DNA of 64,000 bases from Toensbergia leucococca (taxonomy: Eukaryota): assembly GCA_022813965.1 (NCBI GenBank), contig JALDZS010000037.1, positions 1 through 64,000 on the forward strand. Direction: 5' to 3'. Below are positions 13,601 through 25,948 of the stretch, piece after piece (position 1 is the first letter of the stretch; each line of letters starts with the position of its first letter). Below the pieces are notes generated by a model. The model ran no database searches. It saw nothing but the letters and a program-made list of their open reading frames with translations, and was not told where the DNA came from. Both the position numbers and the translations under genes were made by a program.

Positions 13601-14608
13601 CTTGCATTCGACCACTTCCTTTGACAATTCACCAGACCTTCCGACTTCCGACGACAACCCATCTCACCATCACATCATGCAGTCTCACGATGATAGTACT
13701 GTGCTCGAGGGTGATTCGACACTACACTTACCGGATGTAGACATCGAACACTTGTTCCTGGCGGATACCGAGACCTCGGATACTGAAGCGAGAGAGGTCA
13801 TCAATGGCCTCCTTACGCAGCAAGGGGAGACGGATGAGTTGGATCGGGCGGGGCTACGACGAATGTACCTCGAAGCCCGAAAGGAGACGCCAAGGTTGCT
13901 AAATGAGGAGGATCTCTACGAAGGATTCGCAGAGATGAAAGACAATGGCGACAGCTTGGAAGAAGGGTATGTCTCCGAAGGGTAAGTTTCTCTAGACAAT
14001 TTTTTCGTGATCGTCAAGTCATGAATCCCCTTCCACTTCTCCTTCCTACCTCGAGAAACATCACACCCAATCATCCTTCCCCATACATCAATACGGTATA
14101 TACCTGCACTCTTTCTCCCCACCCACTTAGCCCAAATCCCAACCAATAAAGACTCTAACAATCACCCAGCTCATCCCAGCCTTCTCTATGGGACTACCCG
14201 GACCGTTTCCCGTCCGCCCCCGAATCCGACGACGAAGACACCAATCCTGCAATCGTCGATCGCTCCACTGGGTCAAGCCGCGCAACATCCGCCTCGCGCT
14301 CCCCCTTCCACGGCTTTGGCGGCTACGCAACTCTCACTGCTCACCAAGCCCGTCGCCGTCAAGAAGCACTAGCCCGTTTCCCGAACGTGATTCCTCCAAG
14401 CGCTGCAGCTCTCATGCATGGCGCTCCCCGTGAGGTTCTCGTGAACGAGTTTCAACGCATGTTGGGTGCGTTCCTCGAGTCATTGGATGTGAACAAAACC
14501 TTGATTGATATCCAAAATGAGGGTGATGAGGAGGGTCATCACGAGCGTGATCATGAGGGTCATGAGGGTGATCATGAGGGTGATGACGATGATTTGTATA
14601 ATGCTTAA
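10642..14608 (+). CDS. STE20/GCK-family Ser/Thr kinase, Kic1/Nak1(POD-6)-like; about 6 exons
   Basis: GKGAYG, VALK, HRDIK/ASN, DFG, GTPFWMAPE and DIWAYG are spread over exons joined by GT-AG introns. The last intron (13982 to about 14169) connects in frame to the C-terminal PPSAAAL...EFQRML segment. Confidence 0.85.
10756..10950 (+). repeat. 78-bp coding tandem repeat (about 2.5 copies) in the kinase N-terminus
   Basis: GCTCGAA units start at 10756, 10834 and 10912. They encode (A)RxxEQxLR...QSAAVxESP. Confidence 0.9.
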
Positions 14609-15917
14609 GGTGATTCTCGGATTTAATGATGGTGGCAGGGGGATGATTTATGGACAGATTGTCATGGATGGTCGGTGGCAGGAGAGAGATGTGATTACAG
14701 ACAGATTGATTAAGGATGGACGGACGGAGGCTATTTTTGTGCTTTTTGTGATACCCCCCAATCCCGTACAGCGAGCGAGTCCCATTTTTGTGTCTTTTTT
14801 TTTAATAGTTTTAATGAGGCCGATGGCTTAATACTCTCTCTCTCTCGCTCTAATAGCAGAGGGGAAGAAGAAAAGCTGAATCGAGATGGAATTTTTTTTA
14901 TTGCAATGGCGAGTACTTTTTTTTACACACAAGTTTTAATTAGGCCGATGGCTTTTTTTTTGGTACTTCTGACACATGGGAGGCAAAAAAAAGTTGAATC
15001 GAGATGGAATTTTGTATGCGATTTGCGAGGGTGCTCTTTTTTTTTTTTTTTTTTTTACGGTAGCTTGATTAATACAATAAGAGGGCTCTCTCTTTTGGGC
15101 TTCAGTTTTTTGTTTGCACTTTGTCACTTTGATGTGCAGTTGTGAGGATGAGTTTGATTGGTGTTTGATGTGATGTGACTTTTTTTGTGTGTGAGACTGT
15201 GTGTGTGTGAGTGTGTGTGTGACTGTGCGTGAGACTGTGTGTGTGAGGGGCGGGTTGAGGTAGTGCAAGGTGTAGAATAGGGGCATGCTTAGGTGCTTTT
15301 TTGTGTGTTTTTGATTTAGAACTATTCTATTTACACGCGCGGCTATTAATTCAATAATGAAGTGTGAAAGCTGAAGGGTTTTGTTGGTTGTTGTCAAGAG
15401 AGGAGGGGGGGGAAGTGATTTATTTTGACATTGTGTGTATATATATCTCATGATATGTTGAGAATAGTAAGTTGTGATTTAGATGATATTGAGAGAAGAG
15501 GGGGGTACTCAGGTTTATTCAGAAATGTAGTGGATTTTTAGAGTATCTCAGGTATTTAAAATATAAGTATGATGTCTTTGCTCTAAGAATAAAAACAAAT
15601 CACACCTTCTATCCTTGACTCAGAAAATATAGAGGATTTTTTCTTTTTCATATTTTTCAAAACCTTACAGATTTCACCTTCACATACACAAAAGATGTTA
15701 TTAGTCCCTTGTCCTTCGTTTGGTGACGGAACTTGTCTTCACTCATCAATGGATGGCCTGCTGTTAATGTAACCTAACCGCGCGGCTGTACAAAAATCTA
15801 GACGCGGCCGTACTGATGTTCTAGACTTGCTATACAAACACTACGAACATCCCTGCCCGCATCAAAAAACGCCGCTAAAATGCCCCCATCTCAATTCGCT
15901 TCTCACCCTCTAAAAAT

Positions 15918-17474
15918 CTACCGATCCACCTCCCCAAACACAAGATCCATAGTTCCTGCCCACCCCATCAGCAAAATTCTCTTGAAAAGGAACAGAAAAA
16001 GGTTTCAGGATAACCAGCAAAAACTCACCAATGATAGCCACGGCATCCGCCAACAAATGGCCGCGGGAAATTTGATCGAAGCTCCCCAAATGTGCAAACC
16101 CCGGCGCGCGGATCTTGCACCGATACGGCCTCTCGCTGCCATCGCTGACGACAAACACGCCCATTTCGCCCTTGGGTGCTTCGATGGCTGAGTAGGTTTC
16201 TCCCGGCGGGACTGTGTAGCCCTTTGTGTATAGCAGGAAGTGATGGATCAGAGCTTCCATGTTTTCCTTCATGGCGGCACGTGGCGGAGGCGAGATCTTG
16301 TAGTCTTCGACGCGCACGGGACCCGGGGGCATTTTATTCAGACATTGGTGGATGATGCGCAAGCTTTGGCGGAACTCTTCCATGCGGCACAGGTACCGAT
16401 CGTAGCAATCGCCGTTGACGCCGACGGGGACGTCGAATTCGACCTGGTCGTATGCGTCGTAGGGTTGGGATTTGCGCACATCCCAGGGCACGCCGGAGCC
16501 GCGCAGCATTACGCCTGAGAAGGAGTAATTGAGGGCGTCGGCGGCTGAGACGACACCGATGCCTTGGGTGCGCCCTTTCCAGATGCGGTTGTCGGTGAGG
16601 AGTTCTTCAGTTTCGTCGATGCGGTCGCCGAATTGGGTCGCCCATTGGTAGATGTCGTCGAGGAGGCCGAGAGGGAGGTCTTGATGGACGCCTCCTGGGC
16701 GTACGTAGGCGGCGTGGAGGCGAGCGCCCGAGACGCGCTCGTAGAATTCCTGGGAGGTGGTTAGTAGGGTTGAAAAGGAGGTTGGTGGGGTAGGTGGGGT
16801 TAGGGGGGTTTTACCATTAGTTTCTCACGCTCTTCGAAGCCCCAGAGAAAGGGTGTCAAAGCCCCAACGTCCATGGCGTGTGATAGAATCGACATTAGAT
16901 GGTTCAAAACTCGGGTGATTTCTCCAAATAGCGTTCGAATCCATTTAGCTCGTTCAGGAACCTCAATATTTAACAGTTTCTCCACCGCCAGCGAGAAACA
17001 TTGCTCATTCGTCATCATCGAGACATAATCCAATCTATCAAAATACGGTAAAGCTTGCAAGTACGTTTTGTATTCAATCAGCTTCTCCGTCCCTCGATGC
17101 AATAATCCCACATGCGGATCCGCTCTGACAATTTCTTCTCCGTTAAGCTCGAGGATCAAGCGCAGCACACCGTGAGCGGCCGGATGCTGAGGTCCAAAAT
17201 TGACAGTGTAATGCCTGATCTTGCGCTTCTCGAGCGGGTCGCCTTCGTCTGGGTTGACATTCATGGGCTCAATTTCTTCTGCATTCGCAGGAGACCCAAA
17301 TCGATCGTCTGTGGGTATGAGCTTTGTGCCTTCGTAGGGCTCTGCTAAGAATCGTTGGGGGGTGGTCGCAATGCATCTTGTGAGGGGGCGAGGTAGTATT
17401 GTGCTTCGAGAGGCGGGACGCAGACATAATCGTTTGGCACTGTTACCGGCAAGTCGGGTGAAGGGGGGAGCCAT
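15918..17474 (-). CDS. NDUFS2: NADH:ubiquinone oxidoreductase 49-kDa subunit (mitochondrial complex I); 3 exons
   Basis: [21 protein letters not shown] and DRLDYVS, with a spliced C-terminus [12 protein letters not shown]. The N-terminus is an Arg/Ser-rich presequence. Confidence 0.97.
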
Positions 17475-17683
17475 TGTGACCGATGGCTGTGAGATGACAG
17501 AGGGAATTAGTGTTGGGGACTTCTCGTGAAACGACTCCGAATGAGGTTGCCGCCTCTCTTTGGAGGTGGTGACGAAAAGGACATTGATGATGTGCAGCCA
17601 ATCGGCGAAACTTTAATGCGGCCGGCGAACTTTTTTGACATCAATTCGGCGAGAATCAGAACGAAGGCGCTATTCCTGTAGCA

Positions 17684-18936
17684 ATGTTTCGACATCGAGA
17701 CTCAGTGTCGCAGGAGGAGTTGGACAGGCGGAAGGTATAAAGCCAAAAAAAATCTCACGTTCTCAATCTGCTCACTACATATAGATAGTAGGGGTGAACT
17801 CAGAGACAGTCACCAACATCACCTCTACCGACTTCCCTGGCCATTACCCTGGCGAAGACCACAAATGGAGTCTAGACAAATTCGAAAAGGTGTGCTCTTC
17901 GAGCAAAACAGCTTCTTCCAATTTGCCCGCCTAATGTAGACCGCTGATCGACCCACCAAAGAACTTCCAAGTGAAATTCCACCAAAACACCCCCCTCGAA
18001 GCCTCCTTCTCCCTGATCGGCATTGACGCCTCCCTTGCCAACGCCTTCCGCCGCATCCTCCTCGCGGAGATCCCCACCCTTGCCATCGAATTCGTCTTCG
18101 TCCACAACAACACCTCTATAATCCAAGACGAAGTCCTTGCCCACCGTCTCGGCCTCGTCCCCCTGACCGGCAGCACCGCGGGTCTCAATTGGCTAAAATG
18201 GTTCAAGAAGCCTACGGAGGACGATCTGGAGGGTAGCTCTGCGAGTGATTATAATACCGTGGTGCTGAAGTTGGCAGTGGATTGCACATGGGCTGAGGGC
18301 GCGAAGCAGGGAGACCAGGATCCGGAGAAGCTATATGAGCATGCGCATGTCTATGCGAGAGATATCACGTTCCATCCGGTGGGACGGCAGACGCAGTTTT
18401 TCCCCGAGCCCGACGGGGTGATTCGGCCTGTGAATCCGGATATCCTGTTGGTGAAGATGCGGCCCGGGCAGGTGATTGACATGGAAATGCACTGCATCAA
18501 GGGCATTGGAGCCGACCATGCTAAGTTCTCCCCCGTGGCGACGGCTAGCTATCGATTGCTTCCGACGATTACGATTACGAAGCCAATCCTCGGAGCTGAT
18601 GCCAAGAAGTTTGCGCGGTGTTTTCCTAAGGGAGTTATTGGGATTGAGGAGGTTACAAAGGCGGAAGGGGAGGTGGAAGGGAGTGGATACGAAGGACAAG
18701 TGGGCGAGAAGAAAGCTGTCGTAAGGAATACGTTCAAGGATACTGTGTCTAGGGAGTGTCTTCGACATGAAGAGTTCAAAGACAAGGTCAAGCTGGGGAG
18801 AGTCAGGGATCATTTTATTTTCATGGTTGAGAGCACGGGCCAATTTGATAGTGACCTGCTCTTTTTAGAGAGTGTCAAGATTTTAAAGGTGAAGTGTGCG
18901 AGGCTGAAAAGGAGTCTGGCGAATATCATGAGATAG
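17684..18936 (+). CDS. RPC40: RNA polymerase I/III shared subunit AC40; two 5' introns
   Basis: TVTNITSTDFPGHYPG, IDASLANAFRRILLAEIPT, HAKFSPVATASYRLLP and VSRECLRH. Confidence 0.95.
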
Positions 18937-19178
18937 GACTTTGATTTACTTAGAAAGAGGGGTGTGTTTGCAGCATTGCGAGGTGTTCTGGGCGGGTCTG
19001 TTCAGCATAGCAGGGTCGGCGCAAACTATCGTGAAGCTGCTCATCACGCGAAATAGGCCGAAATGTTTGTGAAGTAGATCACAGAATCTTTGCGATACCT
19101 TCAACCCTAGACTCCGTCGCTATGCTATGTCAAACCTCGCCCAACACCACCCGTAAAAACGTGTAGCAAGACTCGTTA

Positions 19179-20740
19179 TCAACTTCGAAAGACAAGCTTG
19201 AATTTGAAAGCGATCTGGAAGGCCGGATCAGAGACGGCAATCTCTTCGCCGTCGATAACGAGCTCAGACAATTTCTTTGATAGATTAGGCCTAGTCTGCT
19301 CCTCGAGCGATGGCGGAGACTGGTAATAGAGCGACGCGCCTTCACTCCGGAGCGTAGGCTTCTTCAGCTGCGCCTCAGCTCTCTCCCCCAAGCTTTCAAT
19401 GAATTCCTGCAGCGTCGCCTTCGGGTCTACATCGAGGCTCCTTGCCAGATTACCGCAGACGGGACAGTCTGGTTTTTGTTCGTGGGTGAAGGTGTACGTG
19501 TAGATGCTCTCGTCGCCGCTGTACATCATGTAATTCTGCAGATACGGGTTGCAGTCCGTGGCGATTTTGAAGGCTTCATTGCAGCAGCTAGCGGCTATGA
19601 TGGCATTTGTGGATGCGATCGCTGGAATTATGTTTTTGACAACCCCTTGGGTTAGGGAGTAGGTCACTCCCGGGATATTGAATTCTTGGGCGCGGGCAAG
19701 GGCTTTTTGGAAGAGCCAGGTAATGTGTTCCGGGTCGTCGGTATCCAGGATGTCGTCTTTGCGGTGTTCTTCCCATGCTATGATGTGTGCCCATTCGATG
19801 CAATGCTGTGGCTGCCGGGGTATGGTGGCTAATGTGCACAGGGGAACGGCTGCGCGAGGAGCGTGCATGTCTAATTGGCATTCGATGCAGGAAGTAATAG
19901 TTGGTAAAATGACCCTGGCTTGGCCTTTGAAACCTGAACAGGCAATGTCAGCCTGGAATATCTGAAAGGGCAGTCTGCGACTGTCTTCACCTTCAGTTCC
20001 ACCGTCAATTAAAGGCTTAAGACTGTCCATGCTATCTTCATCGACCATACCGACCAAGGTTGCGTTGATCCAGCGTCGCGCCTCAATGCTATCGAGCCCG
20101 CATATTACGAAGCGGAATTGCATGTAGTAATCCTCATCCTTGTCTTGGATCTTGCCGTTGTAGGGAGTGATTTTGACACCTTTGACTCTTTTTTCAACAA
20201 AGGCTGCTGCTACCTCGGCTTTTGACTTGCCCACATCGGCCTCGCGAAATAAGAATTGGCGGTTGAGGTTCGAGACGTCAATTGTGTCTAGAATTTTCTA
20301 TTAACGCAAATCGATACGAAAATGAAAGGGGCTGTGGACCCATATCAATCACATGGATATCTCTGAAGCCGGACAACGCAAGGTTCTTGAGAATTTCACA
20401 TCCTAGCCCCCCGGCTCCTCTATAACAATTCAGCTTTTAATTGAGAAATGGATAAGGACAAAGTTGCACGTACATGACCCTACTCGAAATCAGCAACTAA
20501 AACTGATGGTCATCTCCGAGTTTCACTGACAGGATCTTTGATGCTTCGAGGTTCTTGATAACAGTATTTCCTGGATTCCAATCGGGATCTGAAAAAGGAC
20601 CTGGGCGAGTCAAAATATTGTCTAGATACCTCCTAAAGATCCATCAGTACCTTATTGAAGATAGTTTCAGCATAGACAAACCATCGTTTTCTCGATCCTA
20701 CGACGTGATTTGTCATGGTTGATGTTTTAGCAGCAGCCAT
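19179..20740 (-). CDS. UBA3: NEDD8-activating enzyme E1 catalytic subunit; multi-exon, including a 6-nt microexon
   Basis: Spliced [36 protein letters not shown], catalytic [18 protein letters not shown] and [12 protein letters not shown]. Confidence 0.95.
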
Positions 20741-20924
20741 GTTGAATAAATAGCAGGAGGAGTTTGACTCAATTTAGACTCGCGGTTAATAGCCGCCGTG
20801 CATTGGTGGTGGACATCAACTCTTCAGCCCTGTAGGGTTTCAGGTGTTATGAGTACTAGGACAAAGACCACCCGTTGACTGCTATTTGTGACTATACCGT
20901 ACCAGAGAACTATGCTAAAAGACC

Positions 20925-23900
20925 ATGGAAGACCTTCTCAAACCCTTGAAGACAACAACAACGTCACATCTCGAGTACGCTGATGGTAATCTCACTAAGG
21001 CTAACTCCAATGATAGTACTGGTACAACATATTCTGGTGCAATAAATTGCTCGGAAGATGCCATCGACGCCCTGAGATCGAAGCCCAATCCAGAACTTCT
21101 TGACCGAGTCCTTCGCTGGCTAAATCCGAAGTCAGCTCAAGATGGTCGTTTCAATATCAACTCTCCAGGACCACAAGCTACCCAGATAATTCATCTTCTT
21201 GTTAATGATATAATTCCTACGTATTGGAAATTTCTGCGGGGCAAGAATGATCCTTCTCAGAGCAGGCGGCAACTTTTAATAGTGCGATGTCTCAGTAGCA
21301 TAGCGGGTATTGGTGCTGTCACGGCACAACTAAGATCTTTTTTAGCCCTGAAGGATGAGTCTCAAAGCAAGAGTAATACTGATAAAAGTGCCAAGATGCA
21401 ACCTATAGAAGACTTGTTGGAAGTTCTCGACAATATTTTGAAGAAAGATAGCCTGATTACGACCATTTGGAAAGATATTAGCTCTTCGATTGTGAAGACG
21501 TCTCAAAATGTCTTGCTATGGAAAGAATTCTTATATTTAGTCGCTACTGGGAGGATATTGTCCCTCGCCGCAGAGGCCAATCGGACATTGAATGAAATAA
21601 GCCCATCGATCATAGATGAAAGTTGGTTGGGAAATGGAAACTCTTACACCGCGTGGCTTGGGAGAAACATAGAAAATATGATTGATTTTCTGCAGAACGA
21701 GGACGTTGCAGCCCGCAAAGCTTTGGCACGTTGTGTGAGCAAGGCTCTATCCCTTGGTTATACAGGTAAGGCCGTACTCCAGCGGTCTCTCAAGAAATGC
21801 TCCAATCTGAAAAAAAGACCAGATTATTGGTGCTGCGTGTTCGAAACTGTTACAAGGAGAAGACCTTTTGTTGATGAAATATCGAAAACTGATGCACGAC
21901 ATTACTCCTCACGAGCAGAGGGTATCCTTGTATGCGCTGCTACGTGTTCTTTCACGTCGATGTATTTCTGCCAGTGAAGCTCCAAAGAATAACATAGAGT
22001 ATCAATCAGGGGCTGGGGCCATTGGTGGTGCAGGGGCTTTGATCACGGGGCTCATTTACGACAATCCAAACCTCCAAGACGATTTAATTGATTGGTTAAG
22101 TGGTGTATCTGCAAATGGCATTGGCCAGGGTCATAATCTACATAGAGCTGTAATCGCGGCACTTTCTTCTGACGAGGGTATGTGTCTAGTTTGATGCAGT
22201 TTAAGCGTCACTGATGGATAACTTAGATCGAATGAAGAGAATCTTACAAAAGTCTCTAGACTTATTTGGAGATAAATTGTATATTAAACACACCCCTATA
22301 CTGCACCAAGAAAGTCAGTGACATTTCGGCTTGAGTATTCCTATTGCTGATCATCCTCAGTTAATGCTCAAGTGCTACTCATGACAGCTGGTTATGTTCA
22401 CCGAGGAGGTGCTGCTCACTTATCCGAACTAGCACGATCAAGCACTTACCTTAACGCAATATCAAATCGTCTAAATGCTTCGTCTCAACAAGCTCGTTTT
22501 CTCGGCATGGTTGTTGGAGCAGCCTTCTCCGAACTTGTCGACTCAAAGGACAAGAGAATGATATTCAGTGCGGAGGAAGTCAATAGTCCTGAAGGGCAAT
22601 GGTACCAAAACCTGACCCAGCTACACGACCAAGTAGGCTTGATCAGCGATCTGAGGCCTGTTGTAAGTACCAAGAAAACAAATGCAGGCACTTCAAGAAC
22701 ACCTGCGAAGACTGCCAACCTTTTGAAGGCACCTGTCAAACCTGCGACAACATCGAAGATCATCTCGATTGAAGAGGTTGACAGCACAGAATCTGACGAC
22801 GAAGACTTGGTTATACATGAGAAACCCGATTCTGATGAATCTGATGAGGATGAAGATCCCACGTTGATACAACGAGATAAACCAACAGCGCCAGTGTACG
22901 ATATATCTTTTTTCTTGGTACTGATTCTTACCAATATCTTCTCACTGAACTATACATAGTTATATACGCGATCTTATCGCCGGTCTTCGAGACACGGAAA
23001 ACTACGATCGGCACCAACTATCCCTATCAACAGCATCAAGCTTGATACGGCGAAAAGCAAGCTTCGGGACGGAGGTCTCAGACCACATCGAAGAGCTTGC
23101 AACTCTTCTAGTAGGCCTTAGTGACAAGTATGAAATGGAGAAATTCCAAGAATTGCGTCTCCAAGGAATGATCGCCGTTCTACACGCACAGCCCCTGAAA
23201 ATGGGCCAATGGTTCTCCAAAACATTCTACAATGGCGACTACTCGATGGGCCAGAGAGCCTCTGTACTAACCACTCTAGGCATGGGAGCTCGAGAATTAG
23301 CGGGTTTTCGAACGGAAGATGCTGCGCTTACGGGCGCAGAGGCGGTATCTGTGAACCCATTTCCGTCGAGAAAGCTACCAGATAAATTGCACAAGATATA
23401 CGCCCTTGAAGCGGCACCCATGGACTCTCTTGCCAAGAACTTAGAACGCACGATAATCCAGCCAATGGCAATCGAAGCCGCAGACAATCTCACAGGGCCA
23501 AACGCACTCAAAGTCCGTACATTTTCATCTCGCATGGAGGTGGAAAAGAAGCGCAAGAAAGCGATACCAAATGAGCTTGCCAAAATCGTCGCTGATGGCT
23601 TTTTCTTTCCTCTGACTGGCCGCTGGCGAATCCATATGCAGGCATAGTAAGTCCATAACCCCTCCGACATCACATTCACTTAGCCCTGACAAAGTATAGC
23701 GGCGAAAACAATGTCCATTTCTCCCCCTTCCTCCTAACCCTCTTTCTCAAAACACTCTCCCTAATCCTCCATGCCTCGGGCGCCTCTACACTCTCCCTCC
23801 CCCAAATGACAGCCGAATTCTGGGATCTACTACTTTCACTGCGCTCCCACGCCGTCAATGACGTCACCGTTCTAGAAGCCTTGCTCTTCGCATTCTTGAC

Positions 23901-24123
23901 GTTGCTGGATATCAACGAGAATAAGCAGAGGATTGCGGAAGAACATGCCAAAGAACTGCTGGAGACGCAAGGGTGGGTGGAGCAGGTGTTTGAGAGGATG
24001 GAGGGAGGCGCTAAAGAGGGCGAAAGGGTGAGGATGCTGGCTGCGGGGGTGTTGGTTCGGACGAGGGAAGTCGTTGAGAAGTATCAGAGACTGCTGTTGG
24101 GGGATTTGGCGGATTTTATGTAG
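20925..24123 (+). CDS. TEL2: Telomere length regulation protein Tel2 (TTT complex); multi-exon
   Basis: LNAISNRL..S...ARFLGM, acidic SDEDEDPTL, APVYIRDL, LIRRKASFGTEV and FFFPL. Exons join through GT-AG introns. Confidence 0.88.
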
Positions 24124-24697
24124 GGAGGATTGACTGCTTGCGGGCGTTGAAGAGACATATTTATTCGCTACGGTGTAGAGCTACGTAATAACAACATTGC
24201 AAGGAGGGTCGTGGACAGTAGCAAATTTCAGTCGTGTCACATCGGCAAGTTGATGATTGTACTGTGGAACATGGAATAGGAAGGAGCCAAGGAATCAAGG
24301 CAAGAAAGGAAAGCCAACCGAGACCCAAAGAACGATATCCAGTTGTTGATGTGTGACTTCGTACACAGCCAGTCGCATTAGGTATCTAGACTTGAAAGTA
24401 AGTCGTAGGTAGGTATGTTATGCCGGACAAGATGAGTCAGATGAGATACGTATGCAAGACAGAAGGTGGTTTATTGAGGCATCATGATTGCATGGGTAAG
24501 GTAGGTAGTAGGAATGGAGGAAGTAAATTCCTCGAGATCAGATGGGGTGCTATGCAGTTGTGTACTCGTAAATCAAAAGTAACATGTAACACAATTCCTT
24601 TGTCCATTGTGAAGGGCGAAAACAATGCTCTGACCTAGTGGCAGAAAAGTGACAAAAGAATGTGTTATATGTTGTAAGAAGAGGGTACCAAGCACAC

Positions 24698-24848
24698 GAG
24701 AAGTTGGCTGGTCAATCCGTATAACTCGAAGGATCATCTCTGACCAGGTAATCATCGGAGTCAAGCTAAAAAACTTCCCAATCGGGAGGTTTCTGAACAA
24801 ATTTCAGTTTTTGCCCTTCGGTTCGAGTCCGGGTAACGTCTCCCTTTT
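24698..24848 (+). ncRNA. Candidate structured Pol III-type or tRNA-like RNA (unidentified)
   Basis: Perfect B-box GGTTCGAGTCC (24820-24830) in a T-arm-like hairpin, a terminal stem GAGAAGTTG/TAACGTCTC, internal hairpins and a following T-run. It does not form a canonical cloverleaf. Confidence 0.3.
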
Positions 24849-25948
24849 TCTGTCTTTTTGTTTTTCTTTGCGTCGTTGTTTATCATGTTCTAGCTGTCGA
24901 ATTCTTCTTTTTTGCTTATACATTTTTTTTTCATTTCACAAACGTCTAAGATGCTTCTGTCCTTCACTGTTGGCTTTGGTCAGCTTGGGATGTGGGCTCG
25001 AATCTGGGCGGATGCGGTGATTTTCCTTTTATTTTCTTTTCGTTTCTCAAAAAAAGAAAATGAAAAGCAAATGCTCGAGGGGTGGAGTTGATATAGAGAC
25101 AGGATTTAATACGACTACGGGTTTCTATAGATAATTGGGAGATGATCACCAATCATCGTCGTTGCAAGCTACAGGGATCGTATCATAAAGTCAAGCACGT
25201 CACAAGCCTCATTATGCAAACTCTGCTTTGATACTACATGACTAAGGCGATTCTGCATGTTTAGGTCATGGCTTTGTTCGTGATGGGTGTCCAATGCTAT
25301 AATGCTGCTCCCCTTGGTTGCAACTTACCGAATTGCAAAGCTTTGATGTTGAGTAATTCGTGTATATGGATGTTTTTTGCTGAAGACTGTCCGCTTGACT
25401 CGTGCCGATATCGAGTCAATGCCTCGCCCTCATGTGGCCGAGGCGATAAGAGAATCCGAGCGGAGGCGAGATGCACACGGCAATGGAATGCAAAATAAGC
25501 CCGAGCATGAAGTGCGTCCTTGTGAAAGCCACATGCAAATATTCCCTATTTTCTCCTTGAACCACGCGTCTTTCTGGCTCTGAAATTTGTGTCCCTTGAC
25601 TGTGTATCGAGCTATACTTCAGCCGTTCTGCGAATACTGATGATTGTTCACTGACAACAGACAACGGTCGATGTCAACAAACACAATTCCCACTGTTCAA
25701 CCTCTTCCCTCCTTACAGACGTCCATTCAGTCTTCCACAAATCTACTTCTCCCTCCACTTTCTCTCGATCCCGTCCTACATCTGTCATTGGTCTCTCCCA
25801 ATCACGCATTTTTGACTTCCCTTCCTCGAGTCCCACGCTCTCAGAAAATACTTCAAATTCATTCCGATACTCATATCCACTTGCTTCATTAATCTATCCA
25901 CATTGCTTGGACTTTCGAGACCATGAAACCACGGAACTCGATCCAGAA

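Noticed and set aside
14515..14590. GATCATGAGGGT repeats as a CRISPR-like or regulatory array
   Set aside because: Short coding repeats (H-E-G-D) in the kinase tail, with no spacers, in a eukaryotic context.
4836..18936. RRN3 and RPC40 as a Pol I gene cluster
   Set aside because: They are about 11 kb apart with unrelated genes between; chance proximity is sufficient.
24741..24756. Minus-strand ATGATTACCTGG resembling the U1 snRNA 5' end
   Set aside because: Not ATACTTACCTG, and no U1-70K/U1A loops or Sm site follow on that strand.
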